A DNA stretch of 64,000 bases from an uncultured Sphingorhabdus sp. Its GTDB lineage: Bacteria; Pseudomonadota; Alphaproteobacteria; Sphingomonadales; Sphingomonadaceae. The translations under genes and the position numbers were made by a program. The DNA lies in assembly GCA_964597055.1 (NCBI GenBank), contig CAZQWC010000008.1, positions 121,603 through 185,602 of the forward strand, in the 5' to 3' direction. Within the stretch, counting starts at the first letter, position 1, and every line of letters begins with the position of its first letter. Positions 37,290 to 47,128 of the stretch are shown in pieces. The notes beneath the pieces are model-generated. The model saw nothing but the letters and a program-made list of their open reading frames with translations. It did no database searches and was not told the DNA's origin.

Positions 37290-38486
37290 GTGCGTACCAT
37301 GTACCGATTTGCTTCAATCGCCACCCTTGCCACCGCATTGGCGGTTGTTCCCGGCTCCGCCCAGAAAACGACAGGCCCCAAGGCAACTTATGCCATGGAC
37401 GTGCAGACCATGTCGGGAATGGGCATGGGGGCCATGATGGGCGGCGGCCTAGGCAGCCTGCTCGGTGGTGGTGGCGACAATTATATGCTCGAACTGCGGC
37501 TGACTTCGGCCACGCCGTCGCCGGTCCAACCGGAAAAGGGCGACCATTTCTTCCAGCCGCAAGCGAAGATGGGCAAGTCGGTGCCCTTGCTCGGCGATGC
37601 ACCCGGCGAGTCAAAGCCGGATCGCGATTATGACCCAAACCAGACGATGGAAAAGCCCAAGGGCCGCATCCTGATGTTCTGGGGCTGCCACGCAAACGCG
37701 CCAAAGGGCCAGCCGTTCATCATCGACTTCGCCAAGATGCCGACCGCCAAGATGCCCGCCAACATGCCGCAACAGATGCAGCGCTATGAGGCACAAGCCA
37801 AGGCGCGCGATGCGAACGCCGCATGGTGGCCCAATGGCAAGAGCGGAAAGCAACCCAAATCGGGCTCCTCGCTGCGCGGCGAGCACCGCATCGCCAGTGC
37901 GTTCACACCTGAAATCAAGTTCGCGCTGGTCAATGATTATATGGCCTCACTGAACGTGAACACGAATGACTCAGGTGCCCCGATCCTGCTCAACTGGAAC
38001 AGTGTACCGACCGCCACGGGCTATGTTGCCTGGGCGATGGGTGGCATGGAGCGCGCAGGTCAAGGCGGCGACATGGTGATGTGGACCTCAGCCAACAACC
38101 GCGATTTTGGCGAAGGCATGGGCTGGCTGTCGCCCGCCGAAGTGCAGCGCCAGATCGCCGCCAAAAATGTGATGCCGCCGTCGCAGACCAGTTGCCAGAT
38201 CCCGGCTGAGGCCAAATCGGCAGCCGGGGGCATGATGTTCGGCAGCATGAATGCCTTTGGCCCTGAAGAAAATTTTGCCTTCCCGCCCAAACCCACCGAT
38301 CCCAAAGCTGTCTGGAACATCGAATGGACCGCCAAGGCCCGCTTCCGTGCCTTTGCGAGCTTCATGACCGGAATGGGAAATAGCGGAATGGGCGGCATGG
38401 GCGACGGCGGGACTGCACCTGCGCCGAAGAAAAAGAAGCCGTGTAAGGGCCCGCTTGGGATTCCCATCCCCGGGACCGAGTGCTGA
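37290..38486 (+). CDS. Hypothetical secreted Met/Gly-rich protein
   Basis: 398-aa ORF, GTG start with SD AGGAG, signal peptide ending GSA-Q, host-like codon usage. Confidence 0.8.
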   Translation: MRTMYRFASIATLATALAVVPGSAQKTTGPKATYAMDVQTMSGMGMGAMMGGGLGSLLGGGGDNYMLELRLTSATPSPVQPEKGDHFFQPQAKMGKSVPLLGDAPGESKPDRDYDPNQTMEKPKGRILMFWGCHANAPKGQPFIIDFAKMPTAKMPANMPQQMQRYEAQAKARDANAAWWPNGKSGKQPKSGSSLRGEHRIASAFTPEIKFALVNDYMASLNVNTNDSGAPILLNWNSVPTATGYVAWAMGGMERAGQGGDMVMWTSANNRDFGEGMGWLSPAEVQRQIAAKNVMPPSQTSCQIPAEAKSAAGGMMFGSMNAFGPEENFAFPPKPTDPKAVWNIEWTAKARFRAFASFMTGMGNSGMGGMGDGGTAPAPKKKKPCKGPLGIPIPGTEC

Positions 38487-38527
38487 TCAGCCTTTGCGTC
38501 GAACCGTTCATTCTTGTCCAAGACCTT

Positions 38528-38617
38528 GTCACCGCCGACTTGATCGGGGGCCATGGCCTGAGCAATCGGCTTAAATTTCAGTGTCAGACCATGGATTCCC
38601 GCTTTCGCGGGAATGAC
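38528..38617. repeat. REP pair (BIME-like), alphaproteobacterial type
   Basis: GTCACCGCCGACTTGATCGGGGGCCATGG ... CCATGGATTCCCGCTTTCGCGGGAATGAC. Confidence 0.8.
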
Positions 38618-38665
38618 ATATAAATCGTGCTGGACGCCACACCCGCGCTTTGGCACATCAGGCAC

Positions 38666-39226
38666 ATGTCCGAATTTTTCGACGCCCTGAACGACAAGCA
38701 TGTCGAGATGATCGGCAAGCAGCCGGTATTCTTTGTGGCGACGGCTGCTTCGGACGGTCGGATCAACTTGTCACCCAAAGGCTATGACAGCTTTCGCGTC
38801 TTGTCGCCCAGCCAATTTGGCTATCTCGACCTTGGCGGATCGGGAAATGAAACGCATGCACATTTATCGGTCGACGGGCGCATCACCTTCATGTTTTGCA
38901 ATTTCGAACAGCCTGCGCTGATCCTGCGCATTTATGGGCGTGGCCGACCCGTGCTGCCGCAGGATTCCGAATGGGAAGAACTGGCCAGCCATTTCGAAAT
39001 CCTCCCCGGAACGCGGCAAATCATAGTGGCAGACGTCGATAGCGTGCAGACCAGTTGCGGCTGGGGCGTGCCCTTCATGGCCTTTGATCGTGAACGCGAA
39101 ACACTGAAGAAAGCGCATGCAGCTATGGATGCGGACGCTTGGATAGCAAAAGCTCAAGGCCGGACCAAAAGCATCGATGGAATATCGACCCGCCCGACCG
39201 ACCGCTATTTTGGGCCAGCCGACTGA
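38666..39226 (+). CDS. Pyridoxamine 5'-phosphate oxidase-like FMN-binding protein
   Basis: INLSPKG, YLDLGGSGNET, RITFMFCNF and VQTSCGWGVP motifs. Confidence 0.88.
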   Translation: MSEFFDALNDKHVEMIGKQPVFFVATAASDGRINLSPKGYDSFRVLSPSQFGYLDLGGSGNETHAHLSVDGRITFMFCNFEQPALILRIYGRGRPVLPQDSEWEELASHFEILPGTRQIIVADVDSVQTSCGWGVPFMAFDRERETLKKAHAAMDADAWIAKAQGRTKSIDGISTRPTDRYFGPAD

Positions 39227-39228
39227 CC

Positions 39229-39930
39229 GTGCCGTCCATCAAGGTCGCAACCTACAATATCCGCAAATGCGTCGGTACCGATCGCCGCCGCAATCCGGAG
39301 CGCATTTTAGAGATACTGGGTGAAATCGACGCCGACATCGTCGCACTTCAGGAGGCCGACAGACGTTTCGGAAACCGGCTGAGCGCGATCCCCTACCATT
39401 TGCTGCTCGAGCAGGGCTTGTATCGACCCGTTGAAATCGGCGGGCGGCCGCAAAGCATCGGCTGGCATGGCAATGCCCTACTGGTGAAGCGGGGCATCGA
39501 GGTCAGGCACAGCGAGATTGTTCCGTTACCGACCCTAGAACCACGTGGCGCCGTGCTCGCCGATCTGGTCGTCGACGGCCATCCGCTGCGCGTCATCGGT
39601 ACGCATCTTGACCTTTCGGGGCTCTGGCGGCGGCGGCAAATCCGCGCGCTGCTGGCCCGGCTCGACGGCGCGTTTCACCATCTGCCCACCGTGCTGATGG
39701 GGGATTTCAACCAATGGTCGGATCGCGGCGCGCTTTCGGAGTTCGCATTCCACCACCACCGGCTGGTCAAAACACCGCCCAGTTTCCACAGCAACCGCCC
39801 CGTGGCGCGGCTTGATCGCATCATCGTCAGCCATGATATCGCGGTAGAGAGCAGCGGCGCGCATATCTCAGACCTGTCGAAACGGGCATCAGACCATCTG
39901 CCCCTTTGGGCGACACTCAAGCATGCCTAA
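39229..39930 (+). CDS. Endonuclease/exonuclease/phosphatase family protein
   Basis: VATYNIRK, ALQEAD, MGDFN and SDHLP motifs. Confidence 0.9.
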   Translation: MPSIKVATYNIRKCVGTDRRRNPERILEILGEIDADIVALQEADRRFGNRLSAIPYHLLLEQGLYRPVEIGGRPQSIGWHGNALLVKRGIEVRHSEIVPLPTLEPRGAVLADLVVDGHPLRVIGTHLDLSGLWRRRQIRALLARLDGAFHHLPTVLMGDFNQWSDRGALSEFAFHHHRLVKTPPSFHSNRPVARLDRIIVSHDIAVESSGAHISDLSKRASDHLPLWATLKHA

Positions 39931-39969
39931 TTTTTATACAGCTAAATATCGATGATTATTTTTTAGGCA
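39924..39969. promoter_or_regulatory. Tandem NtrC-like enhancer sites
   Basis: Two 17-bp sites, TGCCTAA-TTT-TTATACA and TGATTAT-TTT-TTAGGCA, together defining TGCCTAA-N3-TTAGGCA, upstream of a sigma54 promoter. Confidence 0.6.
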
Positions 39970-40021
39970 TTGTATCGAAGACTTGAGTCTGCAACCCGCG
40001 GAATCCAAGGCTTTCTAATTC

Positions 40022-40037
40022 TGGCACACCCTTTGCA
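40022..40037 (+). promoter_or_regulatory. sigma54 -24/-12 promoter of glnK-amtB
   Basis: TGGCACACCCTTTGCA: GG-N10-GC, near consensus. Confidence 0.88.
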
Positions 40038-40070
40038 TCGTGCATTGCACAACCACAAAAGGGGGCGTGC

Positions 40071-40409
40071 ATGAAATATATCATTGCCATCATCAAGCCG
40101 CACAAGCTGGACGAGGTGCGCGAAGCACTCGCCGGATTGGGCGTGTCGGGCATGACCGTGACCGAAGTCAAAGGCTTTGGCCGCCAGAAAGGGCAGACCG
40201 AAGTTTATCGCGGCGCGGAATACACCACCAATATGGTGCCCAAGATCAAGATCGAAGTCGCATGCACCAGCGAGAGCGCAGGGGCGGTGGTCGAAGCAAT
40301 CCAGGCTGCCGCAGCCACCGGATCAATCGGTGACGGCAAGATCTTCGAAATCGAACTCGCTGCAGCAACGCGTATCCGCACCGGCGAAGCCGGCGACGCG
40401 GCGCTGTAA
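40071..40409 (+). CDS. glnK: P-II nitrogen regulatory protein
   Basis: AIIKPHKLDEV, GFGRQKGQTEVYRGAEY and GDGKIF motifs; 112 aa, directly upstream of amtB. Confidence 0.93.
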   Translation: MKYIIAIIKPHKLDEVREALAGLGVSGMTVTEVKGFGRQKGQTEVYRGAEYTTNMVPKIKIEVACTSESAGAVVEAIQAAAATGSIGDGKIFEIELAAATRIRTGEAGDAAL

Positions 40410-40443
40410 CCAGAACATCCGGACTAACCAGGGAAGAAAGCAT

Positions 40444-41907
40444 ATGCTTAAACACATGAAATGGGTTGGCGCGACGGGGGCGGCGGTATTTGCCGCACTC
40501 CCCGCTTTCGCGCAGGAGGCAGCCGAAGCGGCTGCAGAGGGTGCTGCCGCCGCAACGGCTGCGGTCGCTGATGGCCCGATCAAGGCCCCCACCGTCGAAC
40601 AGATGGCGGGCATGGTCGACAAGGGCGACACCACCTGGATGCTGATCAGCTCCGCACTTGTGCTGCTGATGTCGATCCCGGCGCTCGCGCTTTTCTACGG
40701 CGGCCTCGTTCGCACCAAGAACATGCTCAGCCTGCTGATGCAGGTGTTCATGATCGTTTCGGTCGCGGCGCTTGTCTGGGTCAGCTATGGCTACAGCCTT
40801 GCCTTCACCAGCGGCGGGCCATTTATCGGCGGTTTCTCCAAGGCATTCCTCGCAGGCGTCGATGCGACCACACTCGCAGCGACCTTCAGCAACAATGTCT
40901 ACATTCCGGAATATGCCTTTGTCGTGTTCCAGATGACCTTTGCTTGCATCACGCCGGCGCTGATTGTCGGTGCCTTTGCAGAGCGCATCAAGTTCACGCC
41001 GCTGATCATCTTCACGGTATTGTGGCTGACTTTTGCCTATTTCCCCATCGCACACATGGTGTGGTACTGGGCTGGCCCGGACTTCCTGCCCGACGCACCG
41101 ACTGATTTCGGTTACCTGTGGGGCATGGGAGCTCTGGATTTCGCAGGCGGCACCGTTGTCCACATCAATGCTGGTATCGCTGGTCTTGTCGGATGCCTCA
41201 TCATCGGCAAACGCGTCGGCTATGGCAAGGAAGCCACCCCGCCGCACAGCCTTACCATGACCATGATCGGCGCTTCGCTGCTGTGGGTGGGCTGGTTCGG
41301 CTTCAACGCTGGTTCCAACCTTGAAGCCAACGGCCTTGCTGCGCTCGCCTTCATCAACACCTTCGTCGCCACCGCTGCAGCAGCTGTTGCATGGTGCATC
41401 ATCGAGCAGTTCCACCACGGCAAGCCTTCATTGCTTGGCGCGGTTACGGGTGCAGTTGCCGGCCTTGTGGCAATCACGCCGGCCAGCGGGTTCGCGGCAC
41501 CCATGACCTCAATCCTGCTTGGCTTCGCAGCTTCGGCCGTCTGCTACCTCTTCGTCGCAGTGGTGAAGAACAAGCTGAAATATGACGACACCCTCGACGT
41601 ATTCGGTGTGCACGGTATCGGTGGTATCGTTGGCGCCATCGGTACCGGCATCGTTGCAGACCCAGCACTCGGCGGACAGGGCTTCTTTGACTACACCGTG
41701 TTCCCGGCTGTTCCTGGCACCTATGACATGGCAGCCCAAGTGATCACCCAGATCAAGGCTGTCGGCATCACCGTGGTGTGGACCGGCGTTGTCTCGGCGG
41801 TTCTTTTCTACGCGCTCAAATTCACCCTCGGCCTGCGCCCGAGCGAAGAAGCCGAACGCGAAGGGCTCGACCTCTCCGAACATGGCGAACGCGCCTACAA
41901 CTACTAA
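40444..41907 (+). CDS. amtB: Ammonium transporter
   Basis: GDTTWMLIS, FQMTFACIT, DFAGGTVVHINAG, WVGWFGFNAGS and DDTLDVFGVHG motifs. Confidence 0.97.
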   Translation: MLKHMKWVGATGAAVFAALPAFAQEAAEAAAEGAAAATAAVADGPIKAPTVEQMAGMVDKGDTTWMLISSALVLLMSIPALALFYGGLVRTKNMLSLLMQVFMIVSVAALVWVSYGYSLAFTSGGPFIGGFSKAFLAGVDATTLAATFSNNVYIPEYAFVVFQMTFACITPALIVGAFAERIKFTPLIIFTVLWLTFAYFPIAHMVWYWAGPDFLPDAPTDFGYLWGMGALDFAGGTVVHINAGIAGLVGCLIIGKRVGYGKEATPPHSLTMTMIGASLLWVGWFGFNAGSNLEANGLAALAFINTFVATAAAAVAWCIIEQFHHGKPSLLGAVTGAVAGLVAITPASGFAAPMTSILLGFAASAVCYLFVAVVKNKLKYDDTLDVFGVHGIGGIVGAIGTGIVADPALGGQGFFDYTVFPAVPGTYDMAAQVITQIKAVGITVVWTGVVSAVLFYALKFTLGLRPSEEAEREGLDLSEHGERAYNY

Positions 41908-41961
41908 GGTTATGGAAGGCGGAGCTGGGTAGGCGACGCTTTCCACCAAATTTCAGAGCTT

Positions 41962-42068
41962 GGCGGCGGGGTTTATTCCTCCCTCTCCCAAATCCCGCTG
42001 CCTCCCGATGTTCCTCCCGCGAACGTCCAACTTCCACGCCCGGGTCCGAAATGGCCCGGGCTTTTTTT
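41962..42068 (+). ncRNA. Candidate 3'-UTR sRNA with two CCUCCC-loop hairpins (cuckoo/alpha-r14-like architecture)
   Basis: Hairpin GGCGGCGGGGTTT/AAATCCCGCTGCC with loop ATTCCTCCCTCTCCC; hairpin GATGTT/AACGTC with loop CCTCCCGCG; then a terminator. Confidence 0.6.
42038..42068 (+). terminator. Rho-independent terminator
   Basis: GCCCGGGTCC-GAAAT-GGCCCGGGC followed by a T7 tract. Confidence 0.88.
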
Positions 42069-42199
42069 GTGGCATAAATGTTACAATTCGCAGGGTATTT
42101 GCAGGACAACACGATTGGGGGTGCCGCAAACCGCCTTATCCCGACTATAAAAGGACCACTGCGGACCTAGATAACCGTGGACAAATTCGGGAGTAGGAC

Positions 42200-44590
42200 A
42201 TGAAAAACTTGAAAAGCCGCACTTCGGCTCGCCATTTCATTCAACTTGTCGCCGGAACCTCGCTCGCCGCCCTGATTGCGCAGGGTGCGACGGCGCAGGA
42301 TGCCGAGGAACAAGCCGATGACAATGTCATCATCGTCACCGCGACCAAGCGTGACGCCAACCTGCAGGACATTCCTTTTTCGATTAACGCCCAGACCGCA
42401 GCGGACATTCAACGCTCGGGCGCAGTCACGCTTGAAGATCTGTCGCGCAATGTCGCTGGCCTTGCCGTCCAGAATCTCGGGCCCGGCCAAAGCCAGGTTT
42501 CGGTTCGCGGCGTGTCTGCAGGGCAAGTCGTGCGCGACCAACCTGGCGTAAAAGAGCAAGTCGGCGTCTACCTCGATGAATCAGTGGTCTCGTTGTCGCT
42601 GTTTACGCCTGACCTTGACCTGTTCGACCTCAACCGTGTTGAAACCCTGCGCGGGCCGCAAGGCACATTGTTCGGTTCGGGCTCGGTCGGCGGTACAATC
42701 CGCTATATCACTAACCAGCCCCGCATCGGAACCACCGAAGGCATGGTCGAAGGCAATCTGAACCTTGTCGATGGTGATGATATTGGCGGCCATTTGAAAG
42801 GTGCCGTGAACGTTCCGCTCGGTGACAATGCCGCGCTTCGCGCCGTCGGCTACTTCACCCGCTATGGCGGCTTCATCAATGCCATCGGCCCGGCTGGTGG
42901 CGAAGATGTCAACAGCGGCGAACGCTATGGCGGTCGTCTGGCGCTGACCTTTGAACCTTCGGACAGCGTCAGCATAACGCCGCGAGTGGTTTATCAGAAG
43001 GTGAAGGCTGACGGCTTCAACCGGCAGGAAATCTACAGCCTCTTCGCGAACCGCTTCACCACAACACGGCCAGCCGTCACCTTTGACGAGCGCGAGCAAT
43101 ATCTGTTGCTCCGCGAAGGTTTTGAAGACGAAACGCTGATTGCCGATGCGACGATCAAGATCGGCATGGGCGGTGTGGATTTGACCTCGGTCACCTCGTA
43201 CATCGACCGCAGCATTTTGGTAAGCCGCGATGCAAGCGCGCTGACCGGTTCGGTGTCGGTTGACCTTGGCTATCCCGACGCAGCCGTCCTGTTGCCCTCC
43301 AACCTTCGCGACACCACCGACCTACAGACGTTCACGCAGGAACTTCGCCTGTCTTCGAACGGCGATGGCCCGCTGCAGTGGGTTTTTGGCGGCTTCTACT
43401 CGAAAATCGATCGCGCTTATGCCCAGCGCCTCCCAACGCCGGGCTATGACGCGTTTACCGATGCCACGCTGGGTGCAGGCACTTCGGCTGCTGTCGCAAA
43501 TGGCTTCCCGGCCAATTCGCCGTTCAACTCCGATCTGCCTTATGACATCAAGCAGTTCGCGATTTTCGGTGAAGTTTCCTACGATCTGACCGACGCGCTC
43601 AACGTGACTGCGGGCGGGCGTTATTATGATTTCAAAGAAGAACGCACGATCACTACGGGCGGCCTATTTGCCAATGGCGACAATGGTGTTGTCGACAGAA
43701 CGAAGTCCGATGGTTTCACGCCGCGGCTGTTGCTCAGCTATGATGTCAGCGAAGATGTGACAATCAATGCGCAGGCCTCGAAAGGCTTCCGTCTGGGCGG
43801 CGTCAACGATCCGCTCAACACCCCGCTCTGCAACGCGCAGGATCTTGCCCTGTTTGGCGGTTTTCAGAATTATGATGACGAAACGCTGTGGAACTATGAA
43901 CTGGGCATCAAGACCCAGGGCGATGGTTTCACGTTCAACGCGGGCGCCTTCTACAACGACATCAAGAACCTGCAGGTTACGCTTGATGCCGGAAGCTGCT
44001 CGTCGCGCATCGTCTTCAACGTCGACAAGGCGCACAGCGCGGGCGTCGAGTTCGAGCTTGGCCTCGAGCCTGCCGAAGGGCTTGACCTTTCACTTTCAGG
44101 CAGCCTCATCGAAGCCGAATTCGATACCACGCTCCCCGGCGCGCTGGCTCCGGCAACCGGTATCCGCGAAGGCAATCGCCTGCCGTCAGTGCCGAAGTTC
44201 CAATTGTCGGCAGCCGCCAGCTATGAATGGCCGATCAGCGATGGTGCAGACGCCTATGTCTCGGCATCGTTCCAGCATGTCGGCAATCGCTTTACCCAGC
44301 CAGCGGATCAGGAGAACAACCCGCGCACCTTTACCCACGGTCTTCCCTTTGGTGGGCAGCCTGTGGGCTCGGCGACAACGGTCAACCTGCGCCTGCCGAG
44401 CTATGAGTTGGTCAATCTGAGTGCAGGCGTTGATTTTGACGGCGGCCTATCGCTGGTCGCTTATGTCAACAACCTGTTCGACGAAAATGCGCTGTTGTCG
44501 TTTGACCGTGAACGTGGCGGACGGGCGCGTCTTGGTTATAATGTCGGCCAGCCACGCACCTTCGGCATCACCGCACGCCAGAAATTCTGA
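42200..44590 (+). CDS. TonB-dependent outer-membrane receptor
   Basis: Signal peptide, TonB box IIVTATKR, ETLRGPQGTLFG, terminal Phe (ITARQKF). Confidence 0.95.
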   Translation: MKNLKSRTSARHFIQLVAGTSLAALIAQGATAQDAEEQADDNVIIVTATKRDANLQDIPFSINAQTAADIQRSGAVTLEDLSRNVAGLAVQNLGPGQSQVSVRGVSAGQVVRDQPGVKEQVGVYLDESVVSLSLFTPDLDLFDLNRVETLRGPQGTLFGSGSVGGTIRYITNQPRIGTTEGMVEGNLNLVDGDDIGGHLKGAVNVPLGDNAALRAVGYFTRYGGFINAIGPAGGEDVNSGERYGGRLALTFEPSDSVSITPRVVYQKVKADGFNRQEIYSLFANRFTTTRPAVTFDEREQYLLLREGFEDETLIADATIKIGMGGVDLTSVTSYIDRSILVSRDASALTGSVSVDLGYPDAAVLLPSNLRDTTDLQTFTQELRLSSNGDGPLQWVFGGFYSKIDRAYAQRLPTPGYDAFTDATLGAGTSAAVANGFPANSPFNSDLPYDIKQFAIFGEVSYDLTDALNVTAGGRYYDFKEERTITTGGLFANGDNGVVDRTKSDGFTPRLLLSYDVSEDVTINAQASKGFRLGGVNDPLNTPLCNAQDLALFGGFQNYDDETLWNYELGIKTQGDGFTFNAGAFYNDIKNLQVTLDAGSCSSRIVFNVDKAHSAGVEFELGLEPAEGLDLSLSGSLIEAEFDTTLPGALAPATGIREGNRLPSVPKFQLSAAASYEWPISDGADAYVSASFQHVGNRFTQPADQENNPRTFTHGLPFGGQPVGSATTVNLRLPSYELVNLSAGVDFDGGLSLVAYVNNLFDENALLSFDRERGGRARLGYNVGQPRTFGITARQKF

Positions 44591-44613
44591 CGCACATCGA
44601 AAAGCAGACAAAG

Positions 44614-44644
44614 AAAAGGGCGGCTCTCGGGCCGCCCTTTTTAT
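44614..44644. terminator. Bidirectional Rho-independent terminator
   Basis: AAAAGGGCGGC-loop-GCCGCCCTTTTT between the convergent TBDR and dnaN. Confidence 0.88.
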
Positions 44645-44660
44645 TTGGCTTTGCAGTTGA

Positions 44661-45776
44661 TTAAACGCGCATCGGCATCAGCACGTAGAGCGCTGGCGAT
44701 TTGTCATTTTCGCGGATCAATGTCGGGGCGCTGGCGTCTGCAAGGTGCAGCTCAACGGTATCGCCCTCAATTTCGCCCAAAATGTCGAGCAGATAGCGGG
44801 CATTGAAACCGATTTCGAAGCCGTCGTCCGAATAGCTGCCCGGAACCTCTTCGGCCGCGGTGCCATTTTCCGGCGAAGTGACCGACAAGGTGATCTTGTC
44901 CTTGTCGAGCGCCATCTTGACTGCACGGGTCTTTTCGGTGGCGATGGTCGCGACGCGATCGACGCCTTCAGAAAAGCTCTTCGGGTCGATTTTCAGCAAC
45001 TTGTCGTTACCGGTCGGGATAACGCGGCTGTAATCGGGGAAGGTGCCATCGATCAGCTTCGACGTCAGCACGGCGCTGTCGAACGTGAAGCGGATTTTGG
45101 ACGCAGACAAATCGATCTGGATCGCATTGCTGCCGCTTTCATCAAGCAGCTTGCGCAATTCTGCAACGCATTTGCGCGGTACAATCACATCGGGCATGCC
45201 CTCTGCACCCGCCGGACGCGGAAGGGTAACGCGCGCAAGGCGGTGACCATCAGTGGCAGCTGCCTTCAGCATCGGATCGCCATCGTCGGTGACGTGCAGG
45301 AAAATGCCGTTGAGATAATAGCGCGTTTCTTCGGTCGAGATCGCAAAGCGCGTCTTGTCGATTATCTGGATCAGCGAAGGCGCGGGCAGTTCGAAACTGG
45401 TCGGCAGTTCACCTTCGGCAATCATCGGAAAATCGTCGCGCGGCAATGTCGCAAGGCTGAAGCGTGCGCGGCCCGCGTTGACCGCCATACGGCCATCGGC
45501 AGCATTCAGCTGCACCTGGCTGCCGTCGGGCATTTTGCGCGCGATTTCAAATAGCGTATGCGCTGAAACCGTGGTTGCGCCGGGGATTTCGACATCGCCC
45601 GCGATGGTTTCGACAATCTGCAGGTCAAGGTCAGTCGCGGTCAGGCGGATAGCGCCATTTTCGCTCGCCTCAATCAGCACATTCGAGAGAATGGGGATGG
45701 TGTTACGCCGTTCCACCACCGATTGCACATGGCCAAGGCTCTTCAGCAGTGTGGCGCGCTCGATCGTCGCTTTCAT
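44661..45776 (-). CDS. dnaN: DNA polymerase III beta clamp
   Basis: VERRNTIPILSN, TEETRYYLNG, ATDGHRL, LIDGTFPDY and VLMPMRV motifs. Confidence 0.98.
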   Translation of the reverse strand: MKATIERATLLKSLGHVQSVVERRNTIPILSNVLIEASENGAIRLTATDLDLQIVETIAGDVEIPGATTVSAHTLFEIARKMPDGSQVQLNAADGRMAVNAGRARFSLATLPRDDFPMIAEGELPTSFELPAPSLIQIIDKTRFAISTEETRYYLNGIFLHVTDDGDPMLKAAATDGHRLARVTLPRPAGAEGMPDVIVPRKCVAELRKLLDESGSNAIQIDLSASKIRFTFDSAVLTSKLIDGTFPDYSRVIPTGNDKLLKIDPKSFSEGVDRVATIATEKTRAVKMALDKDKITLSVTSPENGTAAEEVPGSYSDDGFEIGFNARYLLDILGEIEGDTVELHLADASAPTLIRENDKSPALYVLMPMRV

Positions 45777-45963
45777 CGTCCGGTCATTCCCCTTAAGCCG
45801 CTTCCAGATGGAAACGGCAATTCTTCCTAAATTGCCAAAGGGTCAAAACCCCCAATTTCGGCGAATCTTCCTTAACAAGTTGGAGACCTAGGGCAAGCCG
45901 ATTGCCTTTACAGCGCCGATTAATCTGTGGAAGAAGGCTGATGAAGCAAAAGGGGTTAGGATT

Positions 45964-46608
45964 TTGAGCACAAACGGAAAAAGACTGTTCATTGCGCGGC
46001 ACGGCGAAACGGTATTCAACGCAGTCGCGCGGATGCAGGGGCAGCAGGCGGTACACACTCCGTTGACCCGCGCGGGGTTTTTGCAGGCTGACGCGATGGG
46101 CCGAGCTTTGGCTCCTTGGTTTGAAGGTAAGCCGACGCCGATTTTATGGTCGTCAACTGCCGGTCGTGCTTTGCAAACGCTGGCTATCGTTGCGGAGCAT
46201 GTCGGCGCAGATTGGCATCAGACAAAGGCGGATGACCGACTGCAGGAAATCGATGTCGGCGACTGGTCCGAACGCACTTATGCCGATATCCACGCCGAAA
46301 TCGGTCCCTTCGTCGATCATGATGCAGGGCTTTTCACCGTGCGCCCGCCCAATGGCGAATGGTATGATGACATTGCCCACCGCCTGAACGACTGGATCGC
46401 CGATGCCACCTCAGAGCCGGGTGATGCGATTGTCCTGATGCACGGCATGTCGGCCCGGGTATTGCGCGGCCTGCTGCTCGGTGTTGAACCGCACCCACTG
46501 TGTGATGTGCCTATCGCCGACAGCCTGCCGCAGGGCAGTATGGTGATGATACAGGATGGCGTGGAGCAGATTGTCACCTTGGGCGAAGGGCAATTGGAGC
46601 GCGCTTGA
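45964..46608 (+). CDS. Histidine phosphatase (phosphoglycerate mutase-like)
   Basis: IARHGET, LQEIDVGDW and LMHG motifs; TTG start. Confidence 0.88.
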   Translation: MSTNGKRLFIARHGETVFNAVARMQGQQAVHTPLTRAGFLQADAMGRALAPWFEGKPTPILWSSTAGRALQTLAIVAEHVGADWHQTKADDRLQEIDVGDWSERTYADIHAEIGPFVDHDAGLFTVRPPNGEWYDDIAHRLNDWIADATSEPGDAIVLMHGMSARVLRGLLLGVEPHPLCDVPIADSLPQGSMVMIQDGVEQIVTLGEGQLERA

Positions 46609-47078
46609 AACATCTCATGCTCCTTGCTGCGGTACTAATCGCTGCCCCTGCCCTCGCCAAGGAACGTTTGGGCGCTTGGCAAAGCTGGGCGGCGTTCCGC
46701 GATGCCGAAACACCCCGCTGCTACGCCATCGGAGCACCCGAGGAATCGAGCGGCGAAGGGGGCTATGTGTCGGTCGGCTTCTGGCCTAAGCGTGGATTGG
46801 GGCATCAGATCTATGTCCACCTTTCACGGGCAAGATCCGAAAATAGCGGCATCACCCTCAGCGCAGGCGGGCGCCGTTTCCGTCTGATAGCCAAAGGCAA
46901 TAGCGGCTGGGCCAAGGACCGACAGACCGACATGGCGATCATCGCTGCGATCCGGTCCTCGCAGTCGTTGAGCATCACTAGCATGGCCCGCGACGGTCGC
47001 ACGATCGTCGATGCCTATGCCACCCGTGGGGCCGCCAGTGCAATCGATGCAGCCGCCTTGGGGTGTGCGGGGCGATAG
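46605..47078 (+). CDS. Invasion-associated locus B (IalB)-like secreted protein
   Basis: Signal peptide; GAWQSWAAF...CYA; [16 protein letters not shown]; TTGA overlap with upstream gene. Confidence 0.7.
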   Translation: MKHLMLLAAVLIAAPALAKERLGAWQSWAAFRDAETPRCYAIGAPEESSGEGGYVSVGFWPKRGLGHQIYVHLSRARSENSGITLSAGGRRFRLIAKGNSGWAKDRQTDMAIIAAIRSSQSLSITSMARDGRTIVDAYATRGAASAIDAAALGCAGR

Positions 47079-47128
47079 CCAGCCAAGACTCGCTTTTCCC
47101 GACCGACCTCCCTATATCGCCGCGCATC

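Noticed and set aside
40177-40443. Long N-terminal extension of the amtB ORF overlapping glnK
   Set aside because: Out-of-frame overlap with glnK; the real start with an SD is at 40444.
42069-42088. TGGCATAAATGTTAC as a sigma54 promoter for the TonB receptor
   Set aside because: The -12 dinucleotide is AC, not GC.
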